The position numbers and the translations under genes were made by a program. From positions 1-32,838 of the forward strand of contig JAITTD010000172.1 of assembly GCA_031287245.1 (NCBI GenBank): a DNA stretch of 32,838 nt. Reading direction: 5' to 3'. Source of the stretch: Bacteroidales bacterium. Lineage in GTDB: Bacteria > Bacteroidota > Bacteroidia > Bacteroidales > UBA4181. A model generated the notes under the pieces. That model was not told where the DNA came from, ran no database searches, and saw only the letters and a program-made list of their open reading frames with translations. Positions 1 to 8,872 of the stretch are shown piece by piece. The first letter of the stretch is position 1, and each line of letters begins with the position of its first letter.

Positions 1-959
1 GAAGCGCACAGTGTAGGCATTTTGTTGTCAGCGGCGGCAATTGACGGTCGGTAGTAAGACAGAACAGGCAGGGAAGAAAAAGTCGAAATACCGGCAGACT
101 GCGTGGACGAGGTACACACTGTCCCGTTGAAATCGCGCACCCACGCAGTGACATCGGTGGTTGCCGCTTCGCATGTTTTCAACTGAATATTTTCGGTAAT
201 GGTTAGCGTTTCGCCGTTATCAAATATTGCATCGCCATTGCCGCCATTGATGGTGATGGCGCTTTGCAAAGCCGCACCCCACAGTTTGATGCGTTTTCCT
301 CCGGGAATATCACTGATGTCGCCGACAGGAACGCCGATGTCCAATTTGTTTGTGTCATGTAAATCGTCTATGAGCAGGGTATCTAATTTGGCGCCGAGAT
401 TTTGCACGGTAATGCTTCGTGGAGCCGGCGTTCTCACGTCTATAATCATAGGCGCCAGCGGACTCACGTTCATCTGTGGACGGTACACAGAAGACGGTCC
501 ATCTCCGCTTTCGGCAGCCACCTCTGCGGACGTGTTGTCATAGAGCGTGTATGTGAAAAAATTATTTCCATTGTTCTGATGTACATAACTGCAACCCAAG
601 CGTATGGAAAAAGAGATGGTAAGTTCAGTGTCGGCGACAATGTTGCTCAGCATAAACACCGGATTTTGCAGGTCGGTAGCATCCACTGCAGTAACACCTG
701 TGGGTGCAGTCGGCGCAGAGATATATTCGGCGCCCGCAGGCATACCGACTTTCAGTTTGTAATCGGTAAGTGCCGCACTTGTGGCGTTTTTGACAGTCAC
801 TTGATAAATTCCGCCCGTCGCATCGCCCACAGAAAGCGAGGTTACGGCAGGTGGATTTTCAGGATAGATACTTATCTGTGTCTGTGCAGAAAGCAACAGG
901 CTGTTGAGTGCAAATACAGTCGCAAACAGGACTTTAGGAAACGTAAATTTCATTGTCAT
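1..959 (-). CDS. Secreted DUF11/conserved-repeat-like surface protein, N-terminal part (gene continues beyond the left edge)
   Basis: Absent from the ORF track because it has no stop inside the window. I read the minus frame codon by codon from 959 to 1 and found no stop. ATG at 959 (in-frame alternative ATG at 953) gives M(TM)KFTFPKVLFATVFALNSLLLSAQTQ, a Sec signal. It is followed by YQVTVKNATSAALTDYKLKVGMPAGAEYIS, the pattern of DUF11-type adhesin repeats. The plus-strand ORFs 199..543 and 402..962 are shadows of this frame. Confidence 0.6.
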   Translation of the reverse strand, partial: MTMKFTFPKVLFATVFALNSLLLSAQTQISIYPENPPAVTSLSVGDATGGIYQVTVKNATSAALTDYKLKVGMPAGAEYISAPTAPTGVTAVDATDLQNPVFMLSNIVADTELTISFSIRLGCSYVHQNNGNNFFTYTLYDNTSAEVAAESGDGPSSVYRPQMNVSPLAPMIIDVRTPAPRSITVQNLGAKLDTLLIDDLHDTNKLDIGVPVGDISDIPGGKRIKLWGAALQSAITINGGNGDAIFDNGETLTITENIQLKTCEAATTDVTAWVRDFNGTVCTSSTQSAGISTFSSLPVLSYYRPSIAAADNKMPTLCA

Positions 960-980
960 TGAAATGGATATTTTTTTTCG

Positions 981-988
981 CAAAGTTA
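981..988 (-). promoter_or_regulatory. Candidate Bacteroidota -7 box (TAACTTTG on the minus strand) for the surface-protein gene
   Basis: Plus-strand caaagtta is the reverse complement of TAACTTTG, which matches the TAnnTTTG consensus. It lies about 22-28 nt upstream of the ATG at 959/953. Confidence 0.35.
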
Positions 989-1042
989 TTTATTTTTTGA
1001 TGTTTTCAATTATTTTTTTGATATTTTTTTGAATAGGGCATG

Positions 1043-1171
1043 CACCATCACCACATGCGGTGAGACACCATCACCACATGCGGTGAGACATCATCACCAC
1101 ATGCGGTGAGACACCATCACCACATGCGGTGAGACACCATCACCACATGCGGTGAGACATCACCACATGCC
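1043..1171. repeat. Head-to-tail tandem array of a 23-bp unit CACCATCACCACATGCGGTGAGA (5 full copies plus one truncated copy)
   Basis: Full copies at 1043-1065, 1066-1088, 1089-1111 (one C>T change), 1112-1134 and 1135-1157. Truncated copy CATCACCACATGCC at 1158-1171. The array is bracketed by AGGGCATG (1035-1042) and its inverted partner CATGCCCT (1166-1173). Because 23 is not a multiple of 3, reading through the array passes into the frame containing TGA within three units, so it is non-coding. Confidence 0.95.
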
Positions 1172-1173
1172 CT

Positions 1174-1201
1174 GTAGAGACGGTGCGCGCACCGTCTCTA
1201 C
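1174..1201. repeat. Perfect 28-bp GC-rich palindrome GTAGAGACGGTGCG|CGCACCGTCTCTAC (copy 1)
   Basis: Exact self-complementarity was read directly from the sequence. An identical copy lies at 32773-32800. Confidence 0.95.
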
Positions 1202-1264
1202 ATCTACGAAACTTTGATAAGTTAATAAATGTTAATATCTTTCAGGATGATGCCGACATATATT

Positions 1265-1281
1265 TATTTTTGTTATTTTTG
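1265..1281 (+). promoter_or_regulatory. Two adjacent candidate -7 boxes (TATTTTTG twice) for the TAT-oxidoreductase gene
   Basis: TATTTTTG at 1265-1272 and 1274-1281, both matching TAnnTTTG, 40-55 nt upstream of the ATG at 1320. Confidence 0.35.
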
Positions 1282-1319
1282 TCCGAAATTTATTACCTTT
1301 ATCAATTAAAACATAAAAA

Positions 1320-2615
1320 ATGACGACACGACGTGATTTTCTCCGGCAGGGCACTTTGCTCGGCGCCGGACTAACGGCAAGTCCTTTCATCATCAAGGCT
1401 GGAGGGATAGGCGCCAATGACAAAATAAGAGTGGGATTAATAGGTTGCAAGGGCATGGGCTATGGCGACCTCGAAAATTTTCTGCGCTTTCCAGAGGTAG
1501 AATGTGTGGCGCTTGCCGACATTGACAGCGAGGTGCTGAACAGCCGTGCTGCCGAAACCGAGAAAAAAACCGGCAAAAAGGTGAAACACCTCTACAAAGA
1601 TTGGAGAAAACTCATAGACCACAAAGACATAGATGTGGTCATCATAGGCACACCCGACCATTGGCATTGCCTGCAATTGGTGGCAGCCTGTCAAACAGGC
1701 AAAGATGTGTATTGCGAAAAACCGTTGGGCAACAGTATTGGAGAATGTAACATCATGTTGCGTGCGGCCGAGCGCTACAACCGCGTTGTGCAGGTAGGTC
1801 AGTGGCAACGCAGCGACCCGCACTGGCAGGATGCCGTAGCCTTTCTGCGAACGGGACAGTTAGGCAAAATCCGCACCGTGCGCGTGTTCTCCTATCAGGG
1901 ATGGTGCCCTTCCATTCCTGTGAAACCGGATGAACCCGTTCCGGCAGGCGTGGACTACGATATGTGGTTAGGTCCGGCGCCCAAGCGTCCGTTCAACAGA
2001 AATCGCTTTCATTTCACGTTCCGCTGGTTTTGGGACTATGCCGGAGGATTGATGACCGACTGGGGCGTTCACCTGCTTGATTACGCTCTCTACGGCATGA
2101 ACGTCACTGCGCCTGAATCGGTGATGGCTTCGGGCGGAAAGTTCGGTTATCCCGACGACGCCTGCGAAACGCCCGACTTGCTGCAAACCATCTACACGTT
2201 CAAAGATTTCACAGTGCTTTGGGATCATGCCATCGGCATTGACGATGGCGGCTACGGACGTACCCACGGCTTGGGTTTCGTAGGCGAAAACGGCACATTG
2301 GTTGTTGACCGCGGCGGATGGGAAGTGATACCCGAAGGAAAACGCATGCAAGCCGTGCCATTGACGAAGAACTATGGAAAGGGTGGATTATACTACCACG
2401 TGGAAAACCATTTGGAGTGTATCAAATCCCGCAATCGCAACTGTAATGCCAGCATAGAGATAGGAGCGCACATTGCCAAATTCTCGCAATTGGGCAACAT
2501 TGCATACCGCACAGGCAAAAAACTGTCTTGGGACGGAACAAGTTTCCACGATGCGGAAGCCGATTCGTACCTGACCAAAGCATACAGAGCGCCATGGGAA
2601 CTCCCCAAAATCTAA
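1320..2615 (+). CDS. Gfo/Idh/MocA-family oxidoreductase with twin-arginine (TAT) signal, periplasmic type
   Basis: MTTRRDFLRQGTLLGAGL is a TAT motif. IRVGLIGCKGMGYGD is the Rossmann N-terminus, and CEKPL is the family motif. The C-terminus GNIAYRTGKKLSWD is paralogous to the CDSs at 15279..16538 and 16541..17896. Confidence 0.9.
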   Translation: MTTRRDFLRQGTLLGAGLTASPFIIKAGGIGANDKIRVGLIGCKGMGYGDLENFLRFPEVECVALADIDSEVLNSRAAETEKKTGKKVKHLYKDWRKLIDHKDIDVVIIGTPDHWHCLQLVAACQTGKDVYCEKPLGNSIGECNIMLRAAERYNRVVQVGQWQRSDPHWQDAVAFLRTGQLGKIRTVRVFSYQGWCPSIPVKPDEPVPAGVDYDMWLGPAPKRPFNRNRFHFTFRWFWDYAGGLMTDWGVHLLDYALYGMNVTAPESVMASGGKFGYPDDACETPDLLQTIYTFKDFTVLWDHAIGIDDGGYGRTHGLGFVGENGTLVVDRGGWEVIPEGKRMQAVPLTKNYGKGGLYYHVENHLECIKSRNRNCNASIEIGAHIAKFSQLGNIAYRTGKKLSWDGTSFHDAEADSYLTKAYRAPWELPKI

Positions 2616-2623
2616 ATCAGAAG

Positions 2624-2661
2624 GCACACAGATGACGATACATCCTCTGTGTGCTGTTTTT
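2624..2661 (+). terminator. Intrinsic terminator after the TAT oxidoreductase
   Basis: Stem GCACACAGA (2624-2632) pairs with TCTGTGTGC (2646-2654) around a 13-nt loop, followed by TGTTTTT. It lies 9 nt after the stop codon. Confidence 0.6.
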
Positions 2662-2685
2662 ATATTATCATTATAAAAATCACCC

Positions 2686-4215
2686 ATGAAAAAAGTATTT
2701 TTGTATTATATTGTTGCCCTACTTGGAATGTTGGTTCCGGTGCAGGCTCAAAACAAACTCATCATCAACGCTGACCAGGGCAAAGAAGTGATCAGCAAGC
2801 ATATCTACGGGCATTTTTCCGAACATCTCGGTCACTGCATTTATGGCGGCTACTGGGTGGGTGAAGATTCGCCGATTCCCAACACCCGCGGCATTCGCAA
2901 CGATGTGGTGAAAGCCTTGAAGAACATCAGTATTCCGAACCTGCGATGGCCCGGTGGCTGCTTTGCCGATGAGTATCACTGGATGGACGGCATCGGTCCG
3001 CGCAGCCAGCGTCCCAAGATGGTCAACACGCATTGGGGCGGCGTAGTGGAGGACAACAGTTTCGGTACGCACGAATTTCTCGACCTCTGCGAACAGTTGG
3101 GCTGCGAACCGTATATCTGCGGCAACGTGGGCAGCGGCACGGTGGAGGAAATGTCCAAATGGGTGGAATACATCACTTCCGACGGTGACAGCCCGATGGC
3201 AAATCTTCGCAAACAAAACGGGCGCGAAAAACCTTGGAAGGTGAAATTTTGGGGCGTAGGCAACGAAAACTGGGGCTGCGGCGGAAACATGACCGCCGAG
3301 TTTTACACCGACCAGTACCGCCGTTACGCCACTTATTGCCGCAACTATGGCGATAATCGCCTGTATAAAATAGCAGGTGGACCCAACAGGAATGATTACC
3401 ACTGGACGGAAACTTTGATGAAAAGCGCAGCAGGACAGATGCACGCTCTTTCACTGCATTATTATACAGGGTCGGGCAACAATCGCTCTGCAACGCAATT
3501 TGATGAAACGGATTATTTCAATACCATTCACAGCACACTGTATATGGACGAATTAATCACCAGACATGCTACCATCATGGACAAATACGACCCGCAAAAA
3601 CGGGTGGGATTGATTCCCGACGAATGGGGTGTATGGTACAGTGTCGAGCCGGGCACCAACCCCGGGTTTCTGTACCAGCAGAATACCTTGCGCGATGCAA
3701 TTGTGGCTGCTACGAATCTGAACATTTTCAACGCCCATGCCGACCGCGTAAAAATGACCAATATCGCACAAACCATCAACGTATTGCAGGCTGTGATTCT
3801 TACCGATCATGAAAAAATGCTGCTCACGCCCACCTATTGGGCTTTCTACCTCTATAAAGTACACCAGGACGCTACCTTGCTGCCTGTTGCATTTTCATGT
3901 AACAAATATGAATTGAATGGACGAAAAATGGACGCCATCAGCGTATCAGCGTCCAAAGATGCAGCGGGAAAAATTCATATCACTTTGGTGAACATCGACC
4001 CCAACAAGGAACAAACGATCGAAACCGAGTTGAGAGGCGCTGCCGTCAAAAACGTTTCAGGACAAGTGCTGACTTCCGCTCATCTCACCGACCACAACAC
4101 CTTTGACAAGCCGAATACCGTCACCGTAAAAGCGTTCAACGCTGCCAAACTGTCAAAAGGCACAGTATCAGTAACCCTGCCTGCTAAATCAGTAGTAATG
4201 CTGGAAATAGAATGA
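2686..4215 (+). CDS. GH51 alpha-L-arabinofuranosidase, secreted
   Basis: Signal peptide [22 protein letters not shown]. Motifs [15 protein letters not shown] and [13 protein letters not shown] (GNE acid/base region) and a length of about 500 aa are typical of GH51. Confidence 0.9.
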   Translation: MKKVFLYYIVALLGMLVPVQAQNKLIINADQGKEVISKHIYGHFSEHLGHCIYGGYWVGEDSPIPNTRGIRNDVVKALKNISIPNLRWPGGCFADEYHWMDGIGPRSQRPKMVNTHWGGVVEDNSFGTHEFLDLCEQLGCEPYICGNVGSGTVEEMSKWVEYITSDGDSPMANLRKQNGREKPWKVKFWGVGNENWGCGGNMTAEFYTDQYRRYATYCRNYGDNRLYKIAGGPNRNDYHWTETLMKSAAGQMHALSLHYYTGSGNNRSATQFDETDYFNTIHSTLYMDELITRHATIMDKYDPQKRVGLIPDEWGVWYSVEPGTNPGFLYQQNTLRDAIVAATNLNIFNAHADRVKMTNIAQTINVLQAVILTDHEKMLLTPTYWAFYLYKVHQDATLLPVAFSCNKYELNGRKMDAISVSASKDAAGKIHITLVNIDPNKEQTIETELRGAAVKNVSGQVLTSAHLTDHNTFDKPNTVTVKAFNAAKLSKGTVSVTLPAKSVVMLEIE

Positions 4216-5108
4216 AAAACCAAAAATACAATATCGGCGCAGATGTGGGAGGAACGCACATTTCGAGCGCGCTGGTTGACATGTACAGCGGAAAAGTGCT
4301 GAACGAAAGCCTGCGCGAAGTGAAAATCGATTCGTCCGGCAGCATGGAACATATCACAGGCGCGCTGCGAACAGTGTTGCAAATGACTGTTGCCGGACAG
4401 GAACACCCTGTTGAAAGCGTGGGAATTGCCATGCCCGGTCCCTTTGATTATATCGGCGGAATATCGCTGATCAAAGGCGTTCACAAATTCGATGCCATCT
4501 ATGGACTCGACCTCAAACAAATTGTTCGCGAAAGCGTGCCTGCCCGCCGCATCGTTTTCGAAAATGACGCCGTTTGCTTCGCTCTGGGCGAACATTACGC
4601 AGGCGCATCCAAAGGAACGGAACGCTCATTGACGATAACGCTCGGTACCGGCTTCGGCTCCACCTTTTTAACCGACGGCACAGCGCAAACATCGGGCAAC
4701 GGCGTGCCCGACGGCGGTTTTCTCTACAATCAGCCTTTCGGGAACAGCATAGCCGATGATTACTTTTCCACAAGATGGTTTACAGGGCAATGGAAAGAAG
4801 CCGCAGGGGTGGACATCGCAGGTGTGAAAGAAATTGCAGAACTGGCTATGCTAAAAAACATGACAGCATTGCAAATTTTTGAAAACTTTACAGATAATCT
4901 GAGCGAATTTATCGCCCCGTGGTTGAAACGCTTTGAACCGGAAATATTAGTGCTTGGCGGAAGCATCGCCCGTTCCTCATCGCTCTTTATGGACCATCTG
5001 AAAGAAAAACTGAGCAGCAAAGGTATTTTCCAGACTGTGAGCACCTGCCGGCTTTGGGAACAGGCGCCCGTGATAGGAGCAGCCATGAACGCGGGGACAG
5101 GCAAATAA
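4212..5108 (+). CDS. ROK-family sugar kinase-like protein (no HTH, no Cys zinc motif)
   Basis: Motifs [28 protein letters not shown] and [12 protein letters not shown] overlap with the GH51 stop suggests translational coupling. Confidence 0.75.
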   Translation: MKNQKYNIGADVGGTHISSALVDMYSGKVLNESLREVKIDSSGSMEHITGALRTVLQMTVAGQEHPVESVGIAMPGPFDYIGGISLIKGVHKFDAIYGLDLKQIVRESVPARRIVFENDAVCFALGEHYAGASKGTERSLTITLGTGFGSTFLTDGTAQTSGNGVPDGGFLYNQPFGNSIADDYFSTRWFTGQWKEAAGVDIAGVKEIAELAMLKNMTALQIFENFTDNLSEFIAPWLKRFEPEILVLGGSIARSSSLFMDHLKEKLSSKGIFQTVSTCRLWEQAPVIGAAMNAGTGK

Positions 5109-5177
5109 AACCGTGCACTCCCCTACCCTTCCATTATCACAGGCTATGACAACCGACAATCCGCATACCGCATCCTT

Positions 5178-5209
5178 CTCGCAGGTACCGAAAAAGTGCT
5201 CGCAGGTAC
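5178..5209 (+). promoter_or_regulatory. Two exact 11-bp direct repeats CTCGCAGGTAC spaced 21 bp apart, upstream of the GH3 gene
   Basis: Copies at 5178-5188 and 5199-5209, which are 90 and 69 bp upstream of the ATG at 5268. Confidence 0.35.
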
Positions 5210-5267
5210 TCTTGCGGAAAACAGAAAAATATTTATTCCATACATTATATAATATACATAATATACC

Positions 5268-7934
5268 ATGATGAAAAAATGCTTGACAGTAGCCGCCGGC
5301 TTGTGCTTATGGCTTGCCGTTGCCTGCGAAAAGAAAGAAGCAGATTATAAAAATCCGGATTTGCCGGTGGAAACCAGAGTCAACGACCTGTTGAAAAGGA
5401 TGACATTGGAAGAGAAATTTTGGCAACTGTATCTGATGCCGGGCGACCTCGAAAGTCTCAGCAAAGAACAGTTGAAACACGGCATTTTCGGCTTGCAGAT
5501 TGCCACCGGCAGCGCGTCCGGCGCAGCCGATAAACAGATGTTGCAGTACGATTCCCGCGTCACCGCCAAGGTGACTGCCGAAAAGATCAACGCGGTACAG
5601 AAATTCTTTGTTGAAGAAACACGTTTGGGCATCCCCATCATAGCGGTGGACGAAGCCCTGCACGGGTTAGTTCGCGAAGGCGCCACTTCCTTTCCTCAGT
5701 CCATCGCCTTAGCCGCCACCTTCGACACCACGCTGATGCGCAGCGTATCTGCCGCCATTGCCCGCGAATGTAAAACCAGAGGCATCCGGCAAGTGCTTTC
5801 GCCGGTTGTCAATCTGGCTTCGGACGTCCGCTGGGGGCGCACGGAGGAAACCTACGGCGAGGACCCGTATCTGTCCGCCTGTATGGGCGTTGCTTTTGTC
5901 CGCAGTTTTGAGGAGACGGGCATCATCACCACGCCCAAGCATTTCGTGGCGAATGTAGGCGAAGGCGGACGCGACAGTTACCCGATTCCGCTCTCCGAAC
6001 GGGCGCTCGAAGAAACGCATTATGTCCCGTTCAAAGCCTGTTTTCAGGAAGGCAAAGCCACTTCCGTGATGACGGCTTACAACACGCTCGATGGCAGTCC
6101 ATGTTCAGCCAGCGCCGCGCTGCTGCGAGACAAACTGGAAAACGAGTGGGGCTTCGAGGGCTTTTCCATTTCCGACGCCGACGCGGTCAACATCATCCAC
6201 AAACTTCACCACACGGTGGACAGTTATGGCGAAGCCGGCGCCGATGCCATCAACAACGGTCTGGACGTGATTTTTCAGGTGGATTACGACGAGCACATCC
6301 CTTTTCTGAACGCTTTTCGCGACGGTATGGTGTCGCAAGCCGCTATCGACAATGCCGTCAGGCGCGTACTCCGTGCCAAATTCCGTTTGGGACTGTTTGA
6401 AAACCCCTACGTCGATCCGGAGGAAGCCGTCCAATGGAACGGAACGGCACAACACCGTCAATTATCCCTGGACGCAGCCCGTAAATCCATCGTATTGCTG
6501 AAAAACGACCACACGCTGCCCTTGTCCAAATCCGTCAGGAACATCGCTGTCATCGGCGAGGACGCTGCTGAGGCGCGTTTGGGAGGATACTGCGGTCCGG
6601 GCATCAACAAAGTCAGCATTTTGCAGGCAATTGAAAAGAAGATGGGCGCCACCGCCCGCATTCACCACGCGCCGGGATGTCAACGCATCCATCCCGAACA
6701 CGTCATTGTGCCGTCTGACCATCTTTCATACAACGGAAAGAAAGGCTTACAGGGCGAATATTTCAGCAACATCCGCTGGGAAGGCACGCCTGCAATGGTG
6801 CGCATCGACGACCGCATTCAGTTCAGATGGACTCTCTTTTCGCCCCATCCCGACTTGCTCGACTTCGACTGGTATTCTGCCCGCTGGACGGGAAAACTCA
6901 CCGCGCCGGTGTCCGGACGGTATGAAATCGGCATCGAAGGAAACGATGGCTACACCTTATACATTGACGGAAAGCCGCTCATTGAACGGATACCGAAGGT
7001 ATCCTACCGGAAAACCACCGTTCCATTCACCTTTGAAAAGGGAAAATCGTATGACATACGGGTTGATTTTTATGAAAATACGCACAACGGGCGCATTAAT
7101 TTAGTGTGGAATGTCGGCTGCGAAAGCGAAGATTCGTCCATTCGGGAAGCGGTGGAGGCAGCCCGCCGCAGCGACGTGGCGATTGTGGCTGTCGGCATTG
7201 AAGAAGGCGAGTTCAGGGATCGCGCCATGATTCATTTGCCCGGGAGGCAGGAAGAACTGATTCTCCGCGTGGCGGCTACCGGCGTACCGACCGTTGTAGT
7301 GATTGTTGGCGGCAGCGCCGTCACGATGGAGTCGTGGTTTGACCGGGTGCCTGCCATTGTTGACGCCTGGTACCTTGGCGATGAAGGCGGCACGGCTGTC
7401 GGCGACATCCTGTTCGGCGACTGCAACCCATCAGGCAAACTGCCCGTCACCTTCCCCATTACGGTAGCGCAGTTGCCGCTGACATACCGCCATTTGCCGA
7501 CAGGACGAAGCGACGAATACGTCAATCTTACCGGCGAGCCTTTGTTTGCGTTTGGTCACGGACTGAGTTACACCACCTTTGAATATTCCCAACTTTCCGT
7601 GTCGCCGGAAGCCATCCGCCCCGACGGAAAAGCAACCGTCACCTGCCGCATTAAGAACACGGGCGCAGTAAAAGGCGAGGAAGTGGCGCAACTCTACCTG
7701 CACGACCAAATTGCTGACGTTGCCGTTCCCACCACCAAACTGTGCGGATTTCAACGAATTGAACTGGCGCCGGGCGAAGAAAAAACCGTTCGGTTCATGC
7801 TGGATTCCAGTGCGCTGGAACACCTCAACGTCAATATGCAAAGGGTAGTGGAACCGGGGCAGTTCAGAGTCACCATCGGCAGTTCGTCCAAAGATATTCG
7901 ATTGAGAGGTTTTTTGGAAGTAAAAAAGCCCTAA
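5268..7934 (+). CDS. GH3 beta-glucosidase/xylosidase-type glycosidase with inserted PA14 domain, lipoprotein
   Basis: Lipobox LAVAC. GH3 N-domain motifs (KHFVANVGEGGRDS, GFSISDADAV). PA14 insert (GLQGEYFSNIRWEGTP...GYTLYIDGKPL). C-terminal Fn3-like region. Confidence 0.9.
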   Translation: MMKKCLTVAAGLCLWLAVACEKKEADYKNPDLPVETRVNDLLKRMTLEEKFWQLYLMPGDLESLSKEQLKHGIFGLQIATGSASGAADKQMLQYDSRVTAKVTAEKINAVQKFFVEETRLGIPIIAVDEALHGLVREGATSFPQSIALAATFDTTLMRSVSAAIARECKTRGIRQVLSPVVNLASDVRWGRTEETYGEDPYLSACMGVAFVRSFEETGIITTPKHFVANVGEGGRDSYPIPLSERALEETHYVPFKACFQEGKATSVMTAYNTLDGSPCSASAALLRDKLENEWGFEGFSISDADAVNIIHKLHHTVDSYGEAGADAINNGLDVIFQVDYDEHIPFLNAFRDGMVSQAAIDNAVRRVLRAKFRLGLFENPYVDPEEAVQWNGTAQHRQLSLDAARKSIVLLKNDHTLPLSKSVRNIAVIGEDAAEARLGGYCGPGINKVSILQAIEKKMGATARIHHAPGCQRIHPEHVIVPSDHLSYNGKKGLQGEYFSNIRWEGTPAMVRIDDRIQFRWTLFSPHPDLLDFDWYSARWTGKLTAPVSGRYEIGIEGNDGYTLYIDGKPLIERIPKVSYRKTTVPFTFEKGKSYDIRVDFYENTHNGRINLVWNVGCESEDSSIREAVEAARRSDVAIVAVGIEEGEFRDRAMIHLPGRQEELILRVAATGVPTVVVIVGGSAVTMESWFDRVPAIVDAWYLGDEGGTAVGDILFGDCNPSGKLPVTFPITVAQLPLTYRHLPTGRSDEYVNLTGEPLFAFGHGLSYTTFEYSQLSVSPEAIRPDGKATVTCRIKNTGAVKGEEVAQLYLHDQIADVAVPTTKLCGFQRIELAPGEEKTVRFMLDSSALEHLNVNMQRVVEPGQFRVTIGSSSKDIRLRGFLEVKKP

Positions 7935-7937
7935 ACC

Positions 7938-7965
7938 CGAAACTCGAAACTCGAAACTCGAAACC
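7938..7965. repeat. Heptamer tandem repeat CGAAAC(T/C), 4 copies
   Basis: Copies at 7938-7944, 7945-7951, 7952-7958 and 7959-7965. They fill most of the 35-bp gap between the GH3 stop and the AraC start. Confidence 0.85.
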
Positions 7966-7969
7966 CAAT

Positions 7970-8872
7970 ATGAGCAAAAAGGAAACCTTAAATCTGTTAT
8001 TACTGAATGTGGCTCGCAAAGAGCATGACGCCGACTGGAACTGGAAAGGCGTCAACAGTCCTTTTGCCCGCATCTACATGGTGGAAAACGGTTCTGCTCA
8101 GGTGGTGATGCCCGACGGCGTACACAGCATTGAACCCGGTCATCTCTATCTGATTCCCTCGTTTGTGACGCACAGTTACAGGAATAACGACCGGTTTACG
8201 CTCTATTATGTGCATATTTACGAAGAACAAAATATCTTCGACCGCTTGAATTTTCCTTTTGAGGTGAGCGCCGGTGCGCTGGAAATGGAATTGATGAAAC
8301 GCCTGCTGGAAATTCATCCGAACATGGAATTGAGCCAGTCCAATCCCGACAGTTACGACAATGTGCCTACCCTGATGCAAAATATCGCTAAAAATAACCA
8401 GTTTCCGTTTTATTCCGTAGTAGAAACAAAAGGCATCCTGCTACAACTGTTTTCCAGATTTCTGAACAACGCATCATTCAAACATGAAATTGCAGATAAG
8501 CGCATCAACAAGGCGATACGCTATATTCAAGAAAATATAAGCCGAGATATCAACATCGGAGAACTGGCAAAAACGCATTATCTGAATCCCGAATATTTTA
8601 TCCGTTTGTTTAAAAAACAGGTGCAATGTTCTCCCTTGCAGTATATCAATCAGAAGAAGATAGAGAAGGCACAGTTGATGCTGATTATAGGCGAACAGAG
8701 CCTCAAAGAGATTGCGTTCAGCCTTTCCTTTGAGAATATGTCCTATTTCTACCGGTTATTCAAAAAGATAACCGGTGTTTCACCCGTTCAATACAGAATC
8801 CAGTCCGGTTCCGATGTCACTCGAAAACCGGTCCCCGCGGGCGCGAGCCGTAAAAACCGTACCAAGCGATGA
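7970..8872 (+). CDS. AraC/XylS-family transcriptional regulator (cupin-like sensor plus dual HTH)
   Basis: The N-terminal HLYLIPSFVTHSY region resembles the AraC ligand-binding cupin. The C-terminal IGELAKTHYLNPEYFIRLFKK ... MSYFYRLFKKITGVSPVQYR is the AraC HTH pair. The last ~18 codons (56 nt) overlap the convergent MFS gene. Confidence 0.85.
   Translation: MSKKETLNLLLLNVARKEHDADWNWKGVNSPFARIYMVENGSAQVVMPDGVHSIEPGHLYLIPSFVTHSYRNNDRFTLYYVHIYEEQNIFDRLNFPFEVSAGALEMELMKRLLEIHPNMELSQSNPDSYDNVPTLMQNIAKNNQFPFYSVVETKGILLQLFSRFLNNASFKHEIADKRINKAIRYIQENISRDINIGELAKTHYLNPEYFIRLFKKQVQCSPLQYINQKKIEKAQLMLIIGEQSLKEIAFSLSFENMSYFYRLFKKITGVSPVQYRIQSGSDVTRKPVPAGASRKNRTKR

Noticed and set aside
199-962. Plus-strand ORFs 199..543 and 402..962 at the left edge.
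   Set aside because: The minus strand is open across the whole 1..959 interval. It encodes a signal peptide plus adhesin-like repeats, and the plus-strand ORFs are its shadows.
1043-1171. Reading the 23-bp array as a CRISPR array.
   Set aside because: The units are directly head-to-tail with no spacers. The unit is shorter than known CRISPR repeats, and no cas genes are in the window.
1043-1201. Possible signs of an engineered sequence. The unit reads CAC CAT CAC CAC ATG (His4-Met), and the palindrome contains two inverted CGTCTC (BsmBI/Esp3I) sites.
   Set aside because: The His codons are followed by TGA, and the 23-bp period breaks any frame. The element sits in native-looking intergenic DNA and recurs 31 kb away with a different array. 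Coincidence is far more likely than a cloning scar, though I cannot formally exclude one.
1247-1309. A 20-codon upstream ORF (MMPTYIYFCYFCPKFITFIN) ahead of the TAT oxidoreductase.
   Set aside because: It overlaps both candidate -7 promoter boxes (1265-1281), so it probably lies upstream of the transcription start. It is AT-rich, low-complexity sequence.
1232-1456. Minus-strand 74-aa ORF spanning the start of the oxidoreductase gene.
   Set aside because: It is antisense to a well-supported CDS and to its promoter, and it shows no motif.
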